Part shown: positions 40,549-50,777 of the stretch, in pieces | Position numbering within the stretch: the stretch's first letter is position 1 | How the letters are laid out: each line of letters begins with the position of its first letter | Virus record (IMG/VR): IMGVR_UViG_3300044634_002252 | Span: 26,140 to 90,139 of that record | Reading direction: 5' to 3' (one strand) | Source: a virus | Length of the DNA stretch: 64,000 nucleotides | Made by a program: the position numbers and the translations under genes | Notes under the pieces: model-generated | What the model was told of the DNA's origin: nothing | The model's database searches: none | Seen by the model: only the letters and a program-made list of their open reading frames with translations

Positions 40549-41247
40549 TTACACCTCTTCCAGCGTTACCGATATGTTCCAAAAATCGTGTGTATTGGAT
40601 CCACGCTTAACAACGGTATAGGAAAAGTCTGCAATAAACATTTCGACCAGTTGATTGTAGTGTGGAAGATGCGAGTATGCCTGATCATCATTTCCAAAAA
40701 CAGAGTATTTGTCATACGCAAGATATACCCAGAAAGAACCTTGATGGTTTTCATACCATCTTAAAAGCTCGACTCCACCAGCGCCGCCATCTGTTGTGTA
40801 TTGCTCAGAAGAATTTGTTATATTTGGCAAAATACTAAATGAACCATCTACGCCCTTTTCTCTAGATCCAGAAGTAGTTAAGTCAGGCTCTCCAGTTGCT
40901 TGCTCAAAGTTTGGCCTTGACTTATGAGACCTAGATGGTAGCATGTCCCAAGAAGTAGAGACTGTTAGCTTATCTGCAATGTGATAAGAGCGCATTCTTC
41001 CGTTCACCATGCGCTTACGGCTTTCAATTCTTGTTGGTCTAAAATCTATAGGAGACCTATTGTCATCCGACAGTATTAAGAACTGATCTAAATTTGCTAG
41101 ATCGCTATTAGAACTAGTATCAGAGTTAACTTCAAGGCCATTTGGAACATACAGGCCATCTACGATTGTGCCAGGGTTTTCAGACCACAGCATGGCTTGT
41201 GGTCTTTGATACTTTTTACGGCCTAGCACGTAGTCTTCTGTAGCCAT
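40549..41247 (-). CDS. Distal tail-like protein
   Basis: Follows tape measure; RMVNGRMR...WDML...ISVTLEEV. Confidence 0.65.
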   Translation of the reverse strand: MATEDYVLGRKKYQRPQAMLWSENPGTIVDGLYVPNGLEVNSDTSSNSDLANLDQFLILSDDNRSPIDFRPTRIESRKRMVNGRMRSYHIADKLTVSTSWDMLPSRSHKSRPNFEQATGEPDLTTSGSREKGVDGSFSILPNITNSSEQYTTDGGAGGVELLRWYENHQGSFWVYLAYDKYSVFGNDDQAYSHLPHYNQLVEMFIADFSYTVVKRGSNTHDFWNISVTLEEV

Positions 41248-44200
41248 TAAAACTTATTTCCCCTAATTCTTTGAGAGTCGATCTGCTTGATTTGTCCGAT
41301 AACTGACCTAGCAATTTGGTCTGCATTAGCATCTGTCTTGACGTTAACATTTACTTCATAATTATACACTGAATCGCTTGACTGTGCTCCATTATTTATA
41401 GCCCTCATCTTGTCCACACCGTACTTTTGAACAGCATACTTGCTCATTACAAATTCTCCAGGAGTTAGCATTGCTGGCACTGTATCTGTGCCTCTTGCAA
41501 ATCCACCATCGACAAAGTATTTTGGAACTAGTCCACCCTTAGCTAGAGCTACATAACTGCCTCTAGGCCTTCCTAGCGCCTGATTCGTAGCATTGACATA
41601 GTCTGTAACCTGGCTGCCAGATGCAGTTCCTGATGCGATTGCTGGCAAAACTACATCTTCAAAGTACGCTCTATTCCTTGACGCTGTTCCCGAATTTTGT
41701 AAAATCTTATTTGGGTCTAAAGGATTTGTTCGCATTTGATTCCAATAATTTACAATTTCCTTAACAATATCCAAAGCAGTTTGCATGGCATCTTTAAACG
41801 ATTGGCTAGAAGTAACAGCCAAGTCAATTCCGTTCTTTACCTGTCTCCACTCAAGAGATGTCTTTCCAAGAACTACTAATGATGCAGTGTCTGCAGCAAG
41901 CTTTGCTTCTGCTTTTCTAACTGCCTCAGTTGCTGGCTCTAGCCTTTGCTCTTCAATCTTAAATATTTCTTTTTGAATCTTTAGGATATCTGCTTCTAAT
42001 TGCTCTCTTGTCTTTCCGCCAGAAGACCTTAAGCTGCCAAGAGCTCCCTGCCTAGATGCCTCTATCATGTCTCTCTGGTTTCCAATAGCACCCTGTGCAG
42101 ATTGAGCTCTCATTTCCTGGGCTGCCCTGGCAGCTCCTGCAATGTCACCCTGAGTTAAAGCATCGGCAAGGGAAATCTGTGTTTTCTGTTGAGCAGAGAT
42201 AGCTTCATTTGCTTTTTCAATCTTATCTAAAGCCTCTATCCTCTTGTCATACTTTTTATTAACCTCATCCTCTTGCCACTCAATTTCTTGAATTCCAGCT
42301 TGAAGATCGTCCATCTTAAACTGTAAGGCCCCTATTTCATTTTGAGCCTGAGCCATAATTTCTCTTGCACCTGTTTGAGCAACTCCTTCAATGCTAAAGC
42401 TCTTAAGATCAACTTCCATATCAATTTGAAGCTTTTCTTCTTGTGCAGCAAAGGCTTCCATAGCCTTACCAAATCCATCTTGGAAAACTGATTCTTTAAA
42501 TTCAATGCTGTCTATGACCTGTTGCATTCGAGTAGCAAACTCTGCTGGTAATTCGTCGATCATGCCAGTCAAAAAGTCTTGGTAGGTTTTTGAAAGTGTG
42601 GCATCAAACTTAATAGCTGCCTGTTGCAATTCGTTAAGCTTAGTGTTGTTTGTATTAAAGCGATCAGCCATCGCCCTTTCGCCTGAAGCATCCTGAATAT
42701 CCTGAATTAGCTGTAGTCTTGCTGCTACTAAACCTATCTTAGAAGCAGCCTCATTTGCGTCAGTTGCTAGAGTTTTAAGCTCTTCTGAAGAAATGCTCTT
42801 TGATGCAATGGCTGCAGCTAGGGCTGGATTTTCAATTGCCTTAAGTGCTTCGGCAACAGACATGCCAGAACCAACTAGCTTATTGAAAGCGTTTGATTGA
42901 TTTAATGCTTCTTGAGATGACTTCTTTAGTGATGACTGGTATTCTCCCAAGGCAATTTCGTTAAACATTTTAGCAAGGTTTTTACCTTCTTTTGTTATTG
43001 TTAACAGTCCATTTTTAAATTTTACAAACTTTGTCTGTACATCTTTATCAAGTCCAAGGATATAGTCTATAAATGTTGTGTTAGTTCCACTCTTCATTAA
43101 ACGCTGCTCAAGTCCTTCGAACTGCTTCATGTTTTTATTACCACCAAGCCACTTACTTAGCTCTTTTGCACCGCCTGCGGCATCAACGGCTGCAGACCTT
43201 ACTTCTTTAAGTCTCTTTAGCGGTTCTGCGTATGGGTCTGTTTTTCCGCCACCTGTGGTGTCCTCAGGATCTTCACCATCAGTGTTGCCGTCTTTGCTTC
43301 CTGTGCCACCTTCTCCAACAGTCCAGGCAGAAGCTGCGCCACCATAAGTAGCTTGGTCTACGACTGCGCTACCAGTGCTAGTGATTCCCTTTTCTGCCAT
43401 ATATGCTGCCAAAACGCCTTTATCAGATTTTCCAGCTAAGAAGTCTACTGTTACTTGATAAGATGCCTCATTGTCTCCTCCAGAAATAACATCCCAGTTA
43501 GCAATCATTGATCTTAGCTGAGCACCTAAAACTGGATCTTTAGTGGTATCTGCCATTTCTGTAATATACTTAAGGTCTATTGTTTCTGGGAAATCCTTTG
43601 TTTTATCCATATAGTCTTTAATAGAGTCAATCTTTTCTTCGCCCTTTACATTTAAGTCAATGGTGAAGCCGTACTTACTCCTAAAGTTAGTTAGCGCTGA
43701 TAGAGCTTCAAAGCTAGAATCAAAGTCTCGATCTTTTTGAGCAAACATTTGCAAATATATTGGATAATTTTCTTGTTTTACATTAGAAGTTGCAAGCAGT
43801 TGCAATAGATCATTTGCCTCACCAGTGCCCTTTGCTTTTACCAATGCGGAAAACTCTGTACTGATCTTTCCACCTGTTTTATCATCAGCAGCTAGCAAGC
43901 TAGTTATAACTTGTGGATCAAGTTCTTTAGATAGGTAAGCTAAAGATAGTGTGGCCTGGAACTCTCGGCTATAGCCCTTCTTGTTATCCATTTCATCAAT
44001 GGCTTTTATAGCCTGATCGCCAAATATTTTATCTGTGCCCTCTGTATATACGTTTGCTGCGGCTGACTTAAATCCATCATCAAAGGTTGTCTTATCCATT
44101 GCTAATGACTGCTGAATTATGCTGTCAAAAATAGCAGCGTTAGATTGCCTAATTGTCTCTACGTCTGATTCTCTCTTCTTGTATAAGTCGTTCAAATCTT

Positions 44201-47200
44201 CTTCAAGAGCTTTTCTCTTTTCAACGTCTGTTGTAGCTGCAAGCTCTGCTTTCTTTATATTTATCTTTTCGTCATACTGTGCTTTTACAGAATCTAACAG
44301 TCCTCTATTTTGTGCTAGCTGTTCAGCCCCCAATGTAAGATTTGCACTAATAAGTTTGTTGTTTTCTTCATATTGATCAATTTCTGATAGTGCTGGAAAA
44401 ATTAACAGTTTTCCTAAAATTGAATTATTAAAAGCATCATCTTCTTTATTTTTGCTGACGCCAGATTCTAGTGACTTAAAACTTTGTTCTAGATTTGCCA
44501 TTGAGTCTTCTTGAATTTTAAGAGCTATCTCTAATGGATTATCTAAAAGATTTTCTCCATTTTTGCCAAACAAAGATACTAGGTTTCCAGAAATACTTGC
44601 TGAAATGGAATAGTCTCCAAGCTTTTCTCCAAGTGCTGCTGCAATACTTTGAGCCTGGTCCTGAGTAATAACTCCCTGCATAATTGCATATCCAAGCTGT
44701 CTTGAAAGGTTTTTAGAAATATCTCCAGAACTCATTCCAGAAGATGCCATCGTCTCAATGTCTGCCATCATTGTGGAGCCAGTTTCAGATTCTAGATATG
44801 ATTGACCAAACTTTCTTTGCCCTCCAGAAGTTCCAGAAATCATATCCTGTCTTGATCTTTTTGAAATTTCTGTAGCAGAAACTGTTCCTATAAATTCGGA
44901 CATAGCCTGTAACTTATCGCCAGTCATTGTCATCGCTTTTGCAGTCTCAACGCCCTTTTTCCTTGCTTCCTCAAGTGCTGAGTTAAGCAAGTATATTCCA
45001 GTAGCTAAACCTCCTATTGCCAAAACTGCAAGTGCAATTGGGTTTTTTAACATTGATAGCATCATAAGTGGCATAGAAACTAGGCCTGCAATATCAGCCC
45101 CTGGGCCACCAGACATTCCATATGCCATGGCACCCATTCCAGCAACAGTTCCTGCTGCACCTATTGCTCGGCCACTAGGAGCTCTAGAACTTTGCTTATT
45201 ACTTGCTCGAACTGCAGAAATTCTTGCTTGAGCATCTTTTGGCTTTACGTATGCGCCAGTTCTGGCATCATAGTACCCGCCCTTTGCACCACGAGTTAAT
45301 CCAGCTGCTTCTAGGCCATCCTCATATCCAGGAATACTTCCTGCTATCATCGAGTTAATTAGTGGGGCATACTTTTCAGACATTTTAGCTGGGATAACAG
45401 CTTCACCAGGTGACAGCATTGCTGGTACCACATCGCCCTTACCCTTTGGCCCTGGCACAGAAACTACCCCATCGTTAAAACGATTCTGAGAAAGCTTTGC
45501 AAGAAGCCCAGCTATCCCCCTTGCTGCTGGAAGAGTCTTAGCACCACCACTGCCAACACTTAATATTTTTGATAAAGAGGCTGATGCCCTGGTCGGCGTT
45601 GGTGGTTTCGGACTAGGCTTCTTACTAGCTGCTCTTTTTACTACAGCTTTCTTTGGTTCTTTAACTGTATAATCTTTTCCAGACTCTCTAGCGTCAACAA
45701 GCTTTTCCATTGTCTCGTATCTAGACTTTTCTGGCAAGGGCAGGGTTTTAATCAATTCGTTAGAAAAACGCATAGCATCTTTTTTAGGAAGAGAATCTAG
45801 AAGTGGCAAAATCCTATTTTTAAGATTTTCTGGAATCATGATCTTGGTCTGAGATAGGAAGTTGCTTTCTAGCTTTTTAGTAAAGGTTGGACCAAACATT
45901 TTTGAAAGAATTCCACTTCTTCTTAAGCTAATTGCTTTATCTTGAACATTTCCAAAAATACTTAAATATCTTCTGGTTGATCCGCTGGCCTGTCCAGGTC
46001 CTTGGGCTGGCGTAAGGCCTAGCTTTCCAAGAGAGTTGGCGTCCTCAATTAATCTTTTGGCTATTGGATTTTTTATTTTTTTAACAGCTGAAGCCTCTGC
46101 CCTCTGATACATCTTGTGAACGTCAGACTCTTTTAGCTTTGAGTCATAAGATCTTTTTAATTCAGAAGTGAATGACTTCTCCATGTTTAATATATAAGAC
46201 TTAAGTTGCTTGTCTGAAATTCCATGATTTTCTGGAAGCCTAGTCAATATCCCAGAGCCAAAAAGTCCCTTTGGCATTTTACGAAGTGACTTTAGGTAGT
46301 CCTTTCCAGACATCTTTGTGCTATCTGGATTTGCCGTGGCCTGGTTTGCGAGTGATGGCAGTGCCTCTACCATATTTGAATAAAGTCTAAGATTATTTTC
46401 TGGAAGCTTGCTTACTGTTTTAAAAAATTCTTCCTTTAGCTGGTTAGGGTCAATTCCTCTTCTTTTAAAGGCGCCAGACTTAATTCCCTTTTGTAGCTCT
46501 GTCTCAAAAAGACCAGCTAGTTGCTTTCTTGTTAGGCCCTCTCCAATGGATGGAGAGAAGTGCGAGCTTTCTAAAGTTTTAGATGCATCAAATCGCATCT
46601 GCTTAATCTCTGCAGAGCCATTTTTATATCCAGGGATACCCAAGCCTCTAAACAATCTTGCAGCAAAGCCAGAACCAGTTACCCTAACACCACCTAGACC
46701 TGCTGCACGTAGTTCTTGCTTTAGCTGTTTTGCAATAGCTGGATCACGTGCGATAATCTTATCGATTTCTTTAAACGAGAATCCTCCAGGAGTTTGAGTT
46801 TCTATGTATGGAGATCTAGGATTCAAAGAATATTGATTGCTGGTTCCTGATACCAGATTGCTACCAAACGGTAGACCTAGCCTTTCAAAGGCTTTTAGCT
46901 GTTCTGGAGATGCTCCACGCATGGGCGCTGGCTGAATGAATCTACTAAGATTGGCAGATGGCATTCCAGAATCTTTTGCTCTAGCATATGCCATTAGCAT
47001 GTCATTAGGGTATGCAGATGACCTTCTAGCTACAGAAGAATTAGCAATAATGTCTATGTTTCCATACCTAGCCAAAGACTTTTCGCTAGGATTAGTGGTA
47101 AGAGCATTAAAGTTTTTGCCCTTAGTTCCAAATATCTTATTAATTATGGATTGAAGTATTGAGGTTTTTGCATAGCCATATGTGGGCCTAGCTGATGCTG

Positions 47201-49610
47201 ATGTTGATTTTGGATCTAAACCAAATAAGTCTCTTTCCATGTCTGACCTAGATTGTTTTTGCCTTGGGTTTAAGATTCCATACTTTGTCAAATAGTCTGC
47301 GCCAGATTGGGTTTCAAATGCGCTCTTGTACCTTGCACTGCTACCGCTGGTTTTTAAAGCATCCATGAATGTATCTGACTGCATCCTAACGCCAACTCTG
47401 GAACGACCTAGCATTGAGGCAAATGGATTAAGTCCAAATCTGAATCCTGGAATATTATCTGAAATCATTGAGGAGACTAGCCCTCTATACTTTTTTGCCT
47501 GCTTAGCTGGTATAACGGCTTCGCCTGGGGAAAGCATAGCTGGAACTACATCCCCAGCACCCTTAGGGCCTGGAACAGAAACAACTCCTCTAGCATATTT
47601 TTTAGGAGATCTTCCAGCCCCACGAGCTACTGGAGCACCAGTTTCTGGATTTATCCCCAAGAATTTAGATTGCTGAACAATAGCTCTTGCATAAGAAGTT
47701 GCCAGCTTATCTACAGCCCCAGCCTCTACAGCAAATGTCTGAACAAGCTTTGCATGTGATTGGTTTAGAGATGATGCTACAGCTGTGGCTTCAAGCTGTT
47801 GCTGTGTCATGTAGTCAGTTGAAAGGCCTAGACCTCTAGAGGAGTCGCCAGTTTTTGAAAAGACATTCATTAAAGTAGCAAAAAGCTTAATTATATTAGC
47901 AGCACCATTAGCTATAAGACCAAACATCATTAAGAATATTGGACCAACAGCACCGACCAGTGTGGTTGCAACTACTGTAAACTGTTTGGCACCTGAGCTC
48001 ATCTGGTCAAACTTTTTCAATAGCTCTGCAGCAAACTCTACTATTGGAGTTATTGCCTTTAAGAATTCTTCTCCAACTGGCGCTAAGGCTGCCTGAAATC
48101 TTTCAAGTTGTTTTTGAAATTTAAAAAGAGGCGAACTCTCTACTCTCTTTAGCTCTCGTTCAGCAACGATTGCTAGCTCGGCTGTTGAGGAGCTTGTCAG
48201 CTTCAGAACTCTCTGTGCCTGAGATCCTTCTTTAATAACATTTTGAAATAGTGTTGATAGACGTGAAAACTGAAACTTACCAAATAATTGTTCGATTGCT
48301 CTTGCACGGTTAAGTGGATCTAGGGTATCAAGTGCTTGAGCAAATCCAATTACAATGCCCTTAACATCTCCCTTATTGGCCTCAACAATGCCCTGTATAT
48401 TAATTCCAAGAGCACCCAGCATCTCTGCCGCTTTTCCTGTTGGATTAATCAAAGCTGCAAGACCAGACTTTAGGGCGTTAGCACCTTCTGAGGCATTAAT
48501 TCCACCCTCTTTCATGGCTGTCAGGAAGAAGGCTAGATCTTCAACATTTCCACCGAGCTGCTTTACAACTGGACCAGCTTTTGGAATTGCAATAGTCAAA
48601 TCATTAATCGAAGTTACTGTTTCGTTTTCTACGGAGTTTAAGAAGTTAATCTTAGCTGCTAGGTCTTCCGCTGCCACTCCAAACGCATCTGTAACTGATA
48701 TTGTTGCTCTTAGGGCTTCTTGCTGATCTACCTCACCAAGAACTGCAAGTCTTGTTGCCTGAGTTACCTGAGCCATAAGGGCAGAGCCTTTTAGGCCCAT
48801 CTGAGCTGCATCTGCCGCAAGCTCAAGAGTTTTGTTTACTTCAACGCCGTACTTTGTAAAACCATCAGCAAGGCGCTTCATTTCTTCTAGAGCTTTATCC
48901 GTTGCCCCGTCTGAGTCAAATGCGTCTCCGTAAACACGCTTAAATCTAATAGCCTGCTTTTCAATTTTTTCAAATTCTTTTACGGCCATAGAGCCAAAAA
49001 TTGCTAGAGGTATTGTAAAACCAACCATAAGCTGTCTACCAGCCCACTGGGTGTTCTTACCAAAGTTTAGAAGGTTGGTAGATCCTTGCTTAACTAGCTG
49101 ATTAAAGAGCTGTTGCTTTTGTGCGGCAACGGCAGTTTTAGTTGCTAGATTCTCCATGTCTAAAGCTAAAGGCCGAACAGCAATGGCCTTCATTGCACCA
49201 CTGCCGTCACGGCCTAGCTTAACATATTGAGTCTGTAAGGTTTTTACTCTTTCACGAGCAACCTTTTCAATTGTGTCAAATTCACTTCTAAATAATCTAC
49301 CAAAAGTCTTTGTAGATGCTCCAGCATATCTGAAGTACTCCCCCATGCCGAGCTTGTTTTTTTCAAGCGCAGTAGTAAAAGATTCTGCAGTTGTAGATAT
49401 ATTTTTTACACTGGCAGCAAACTGACCAGTCGCATTAATATTATTTATTAAGTTACGCTGGATGTTCTGGGCGGACTGTGCCTGCTGTGCCCCGCTCTTG
49501 AGCAGCTGAGCATTTAGCTGAGATATCTGCCTCTGCAGGTTTTTAATTTCTGCTATACCCACAGATGTGTCAACATTAATTATAATGTCGGATCTGATAT
49601 CATCAGCCAT
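41247..49610 (-). CDS. Tail tape measure protein with internal cargo domains
   Basis: TP901-like TMP core (GINASEGANALKSGL, AIEQLFGK), hydrophobic segments, three VPAML(S/T)PGE motifs; GGAGG SD. Confidence 0.92.
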   Translation of the reverse strand: MADDIRSDIIINVDTSVGIAEIKNLQRQISQLNAQLLKSGAQQAQSAQNIQRNLINNINATGQFAASVKNISTTAESFTTALEKNKLGMGEYFRYAGASTKTFGRLFRSEFDTIEKVARERVKTLQTQYVKLGRDGSGAMKAIAVRPLALDMENLATKTAVAAQKQQLFNQLVKQGSTNLLNFGKNTQWAGRQLMVGFTIPLAIFGSMAVKEFEKIEKQAIRFKRVYGDAFDSDGATDKALEEMKRLADGFTKYGVEVNKTLELAADAAQMGLKGSALMAQVTQATRLAVLGEVDQQEALRATISVTDAFGVAAEDLAAKINFLNSVENETVTSINDLTIAIPKAGPVVKQLGGNVEDLAFFLTAMKEGGINASEGANALKSGLAALINPTGKAAEMLGALGINIQGIVEANKGDVKGIVIGFAQALDTLDPLNRARAIEQLFGKFQFSRLSTLFQNVIKEGSQAQRVLKLTSSSTAELAIVAERELKRVESSPLFKFQKQLERFQAALAPVGEEFLKAITPIVEFAAELLKKFDQMSSGAKQFTVVATTLVGAVGPIFLMMFGLIANGAANIIKLFATLMNVFSKTGDSSRGLGLSTDYMTQQQLEATAVASSLNQSHAKLVQTFAVEAGAVDKLATSYARAIVQQSKFLGINPETGAPVARGAGRSPKKYARGVVSVPGPKGAGDVVPAMLSPGEAVIPAKQAKKYRGLVSSMISDNIPGFRFGLNPFASMLGRSRVGVRMQSDTFMDALKTSGSSARYKSAFETQSGADYLTKYGILNPRQKQSRSDMERDLFGLDPKSTSASARPTYGYAKTSILQSIINKIFGTKGKNFNALTTNPSEKSLARYGNIDIIANSSVARRSSAYPNDMLMAYARAKDSGMPSANLSRFIQPAPMRGASPEQLKAFERLGLPFGSNLVSGTSNQYSLNPRSPYIETQTPGGFSFKEIDKIIARDPAIAKQLKQELRAAGLGGVRVTGSGFAARLFRGLGIPGYKNGSAEIKQMRFDASKTLESSHFSPSIGEGLTRKQLAGLFETELQKGIKSGAFKRRGIDPNQLKEEFFKTVSKLPENNLRLYSNMVEALPSLANQATANPDSTKMSGKDYLKSLRKMPKGLFGSGILTRLPENHGISDKQLKSYILNMEKSFTSELKRSYDSKLKESDVHKMYQRAEASAVKKIKNPIAKRLIEDANSLGKLGLTPAQGPGQASGSTRRYLSIFGNVQDKAISLRRSGILSKMFGPTFTKKLESNFLSQTKIMIPENLKNRILPLLDSLPKKDAMRFSNELIKTLPLPEKSRYETMEKLVDARESGKDYTVKEPKKAVVKRAASKKPSPKPPTPTRASASLSKILSVGSGGAKTLPAARGIAGLLAKLSQNRFNDGVVSVPGPKGKGDVVPAMLSPGEAVIPAKMSEKYAPLINSMIAGSIPGYEDGLEAAGLTRGAKGGYYDARTGAYVKPKDAQARISAVRASNKQSSRAPSGRAIGAAGTVAGMGAMAYGMSGGPGADIAGLVSMPLMMLSMLKNPIALAVLAIGGLATGIYLLNSALEEARKKGVETAKAMTMTGDKLQAMSEFIGTVSATEISKRSRQDMISGTSGGQRKFGQSYLESETGSTMMADIETMASSGMSSGDISKNLSRQLGYAIMQGVITQDQAQSIAAALGEKLGDYSISASISGNLVSLFGKNGENLLDNPLEIALKIQEDSMANLEQSFKSLESGVSKNKEDDAFNNSILGKLLIFPALSEIDQYEENNKLISANLTLGAEQLAQNRGLLDSVKAQYDEKINIKKAELAATTDVEKRKALEEDLNDLYKKRESDVETIRQSNAAIFDSIIQQSLAMDKTTFDDGFKSAAANVYTEGTDKIFGDQAIKAIDEMDNKKGYSREFQATLSLAYLSKELDPQVITSLLAADDKTGGKISTEFSALVKAKGTGEANDLLQLLATSNVKQENYPIYLQMFAQKDRDFDSSFEALSALTNFRSKYGFTIDLNVKGEEKIDSIKDYMDKTKDFPETIDLKYITEMADTTKDPVLGAQLRSMIANWDVISGGDNEASYQVTVDFLAGKSDKGVLAAYMAEKGITSTGSAVVDQATYGGAASAWTVGEGGTGSKDGNTDGEDPEDTTGGGKTDPYAEPLKRLKEVRSAAVDAAGGAKELSKWLGGNKNMKQFEGLEQRLMKSGTNTTFIDYILGLDKDVQTKFVKFKNGLLTITKEGKNLAKMFNEIALGEYQSSLKKSSQEALNQSNAFNKLVGSGMSVAEALKAIENPALAAAIASKSISSEELKTLATDANEAASKIGLVAARLQLIQDIQDASGERAMADRFNTNNTKLNELQQAAIKFDATLSKTYQDFLTGMIDELPAEFATRMQQVIDSIEFKESVFQDGFGKAMEAFAAQEEKLQIDMEVDLKSFSIEGVAQTGAREIMAQAQNEIGALQFKMDDLQAGIQEIEWQEDEVNKKYDKRIEALDKIEKANEAISAQQKTQISLADALTQGDIAGAARAAQEMRAQSAQGAIGNQRDMIEASRQGALGSLRSSGGKTREQLEADILKIQKEIFKIEEQRLEPATEAVRKAEAKLAADTASLVVLGKTSLEWRQVKNGIDLAVTSSQSFKDAMQTALDIVKEIVNYWNQMRTNPLDPNKILQNSGTASRNRAYFEDVVLPAIASGTASGSQVTDYVNATNQALGRPRGSYVALAKGGLVPKYFVDGGFARGTDTVPAMLTPGEFVMSKYAVQKYGVDKMRAINNGAQSSDSVYNYEVNVNVKTDANADQIARSVIGQIKQIDSQRIRGNKF
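45315..47600 (-). repeat. Two ~55-aa repeat modules inside the TMP (about 45315-45480 and 47435-47600)
   Basis: GVVSVPGPKG(A/K)GDVVPAMLSPGEAVIPAK...L(V/I)xSMI...IPG(F/Y); a third divergent copy at about 41400-41545. Confidence 0.85.
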
Positions 49611-49641
49611 GCATTAGCACCTCCTAGCCGCTAGTCCATAT

Positions 49642-49953
49642 TTAAGTGTTTATTCTGCCGAAGATGCTTGCGTTTCCTGATGCCTCTTCAACAATCTTAT
49701 AAACTGTAGGAAGGTCTAATAGATCTTCCAAAACCTTTACGTCTTCTGCTAGCTCTGGCTTAAACTGCTGCATAGCAATCTGAACACACTCGATAAGAAG
49801 ATTCATAGACTTCTCGTTGTCTTCTGAAACATCCTGAATTTCCTGGAACTTCTTTAGGAATGGTCTCAAAAGTGAAATCTTTAGTGGTCTAATCTGAATC
49901 TCTTGACCGTCTAGCAATGTTACCTTTTTTTCTTCATTTACTGTAGTTGCCAT
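49642..49953 (-). CDS. Tail assembly chaperone, short form
   Basis: Between major tail and TMP; homologous to the N-terminal half of 50010..50702; own TGaTATAAT at 49992-50000. Confidence 0.7.
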   Translation of the reverse strand: MATTVNEEKKVTLLDGQEIQIRPLKISLLRPFLKKFQEIQDVSEDNEKSMNLLIECVQIAMQQFKPELAEDVKVLEDLLDLPTVYKIVEEASGNASIFGRINT

Positions 49954-50009
49954 AGTATTATTTCCTTCCTAGGTTTTTTGTGGCTTTGATAATTATATCA
50001 CAGAGAGGC

Positions 50010-50702
50010 TTATTTTTTAGTTAAATCTTCGTAACCAAGGCCCATCCCAATACCAAATCCAGCCTTTTTAGCATTCTGCCCTTGCAGTGCAGTAATATCG
50101 TTTGCATCCTTTGCTTTGCCCTTGCTAAACACTCTAGCTTTCATCTGTTCCCAAGCATTGCTATCATTTCTTCCAGTTTGCTTATCTAGGTCTACGCCCT
50201 GGATGGCTGCAAAAAACTTTTTTTCTTGATAATCTAATTCTCTTTTTGTTTCTAGTATTGAGGTAAGTTCTGGCATAGATATACTAGATTCCATCTCTTC
50301 GTAGTTTTTCCAAATTCCCGTCAAAAAAGCTTCAGCCTCTAGCTTCACAAGGTCTAATCCAGACCAGTCAGCGCCGCTACTCACGGCCTGCTCTTTAACT
50401 TCTTTTTCGCTTTCTTTCTTTATCTTAATTCCTGCAGCCACATCTATAATTTTATATATTGAGCTTAAGTCAAGGTTTTCTTCTAGGTCAGCCATTGTCT
50501 TAATTGATGGATAATACTGCTGCATGCATATTCTGGCACATTCAGAAAGGAAGAATATAGCGTCGTCGTCAGTTTTTGCAGCTTTTACAAACTCGAAGGC
50601 ATCCATAAATTGACGTAAATACTTTATCTTAAGTGGGGATACCTCAATACTGTTGCCGTCAAAAAGCTCAACAATAGATGTTTCGTATATTCTGGTTGCC
50701 AT
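50010..50702 (-). CDS. Tail assembly chaperone, long (G-T-like) form, leaderless
   Basis: N-half paralogous to 49642..49953; C-half W..YEEME.SISMPEL; TGgTATAAT 6 nt before the ATG. Confidence 0.7.
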   Translation of the reverse strand: MATRIYETSIVELFDGNSIEVSPLKIKYLRQFMDAFEFVKAAKTDDDAIFFLSECARICMQQYYPSIKTMADLEENLDLSSIYKIIDVAAGIKIKKESEKEVKEQAVSSGADWSGLDLVKLEAEAFLTGIWKNYEEMESSISMPELTSILETKRELDYQEKKFFAAIQGVDLDKQTGRNDSNAWEQMKARVFSKGKAKDANDITALQGQNAKKAGFGIGMGLGYEDLTKK

Positions 50703-50716
50703 GTATCTATTATACC

Positions 50717-50755
50717 AAAAGCAAACTGCCCCAGCAACTTAATGCCAGGGCAGTT
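50717..50755 (-). terminator. Intrinsic terminator after the major tail gene
   Basis: 13-bp stem AACTGCCCTGGCA/TGCTGGGGCAGTT, then TGCTTTT. Confidence 0.75.
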
Positions 50756-50777
50756 CTATTAAATTATATTTAAGCTA

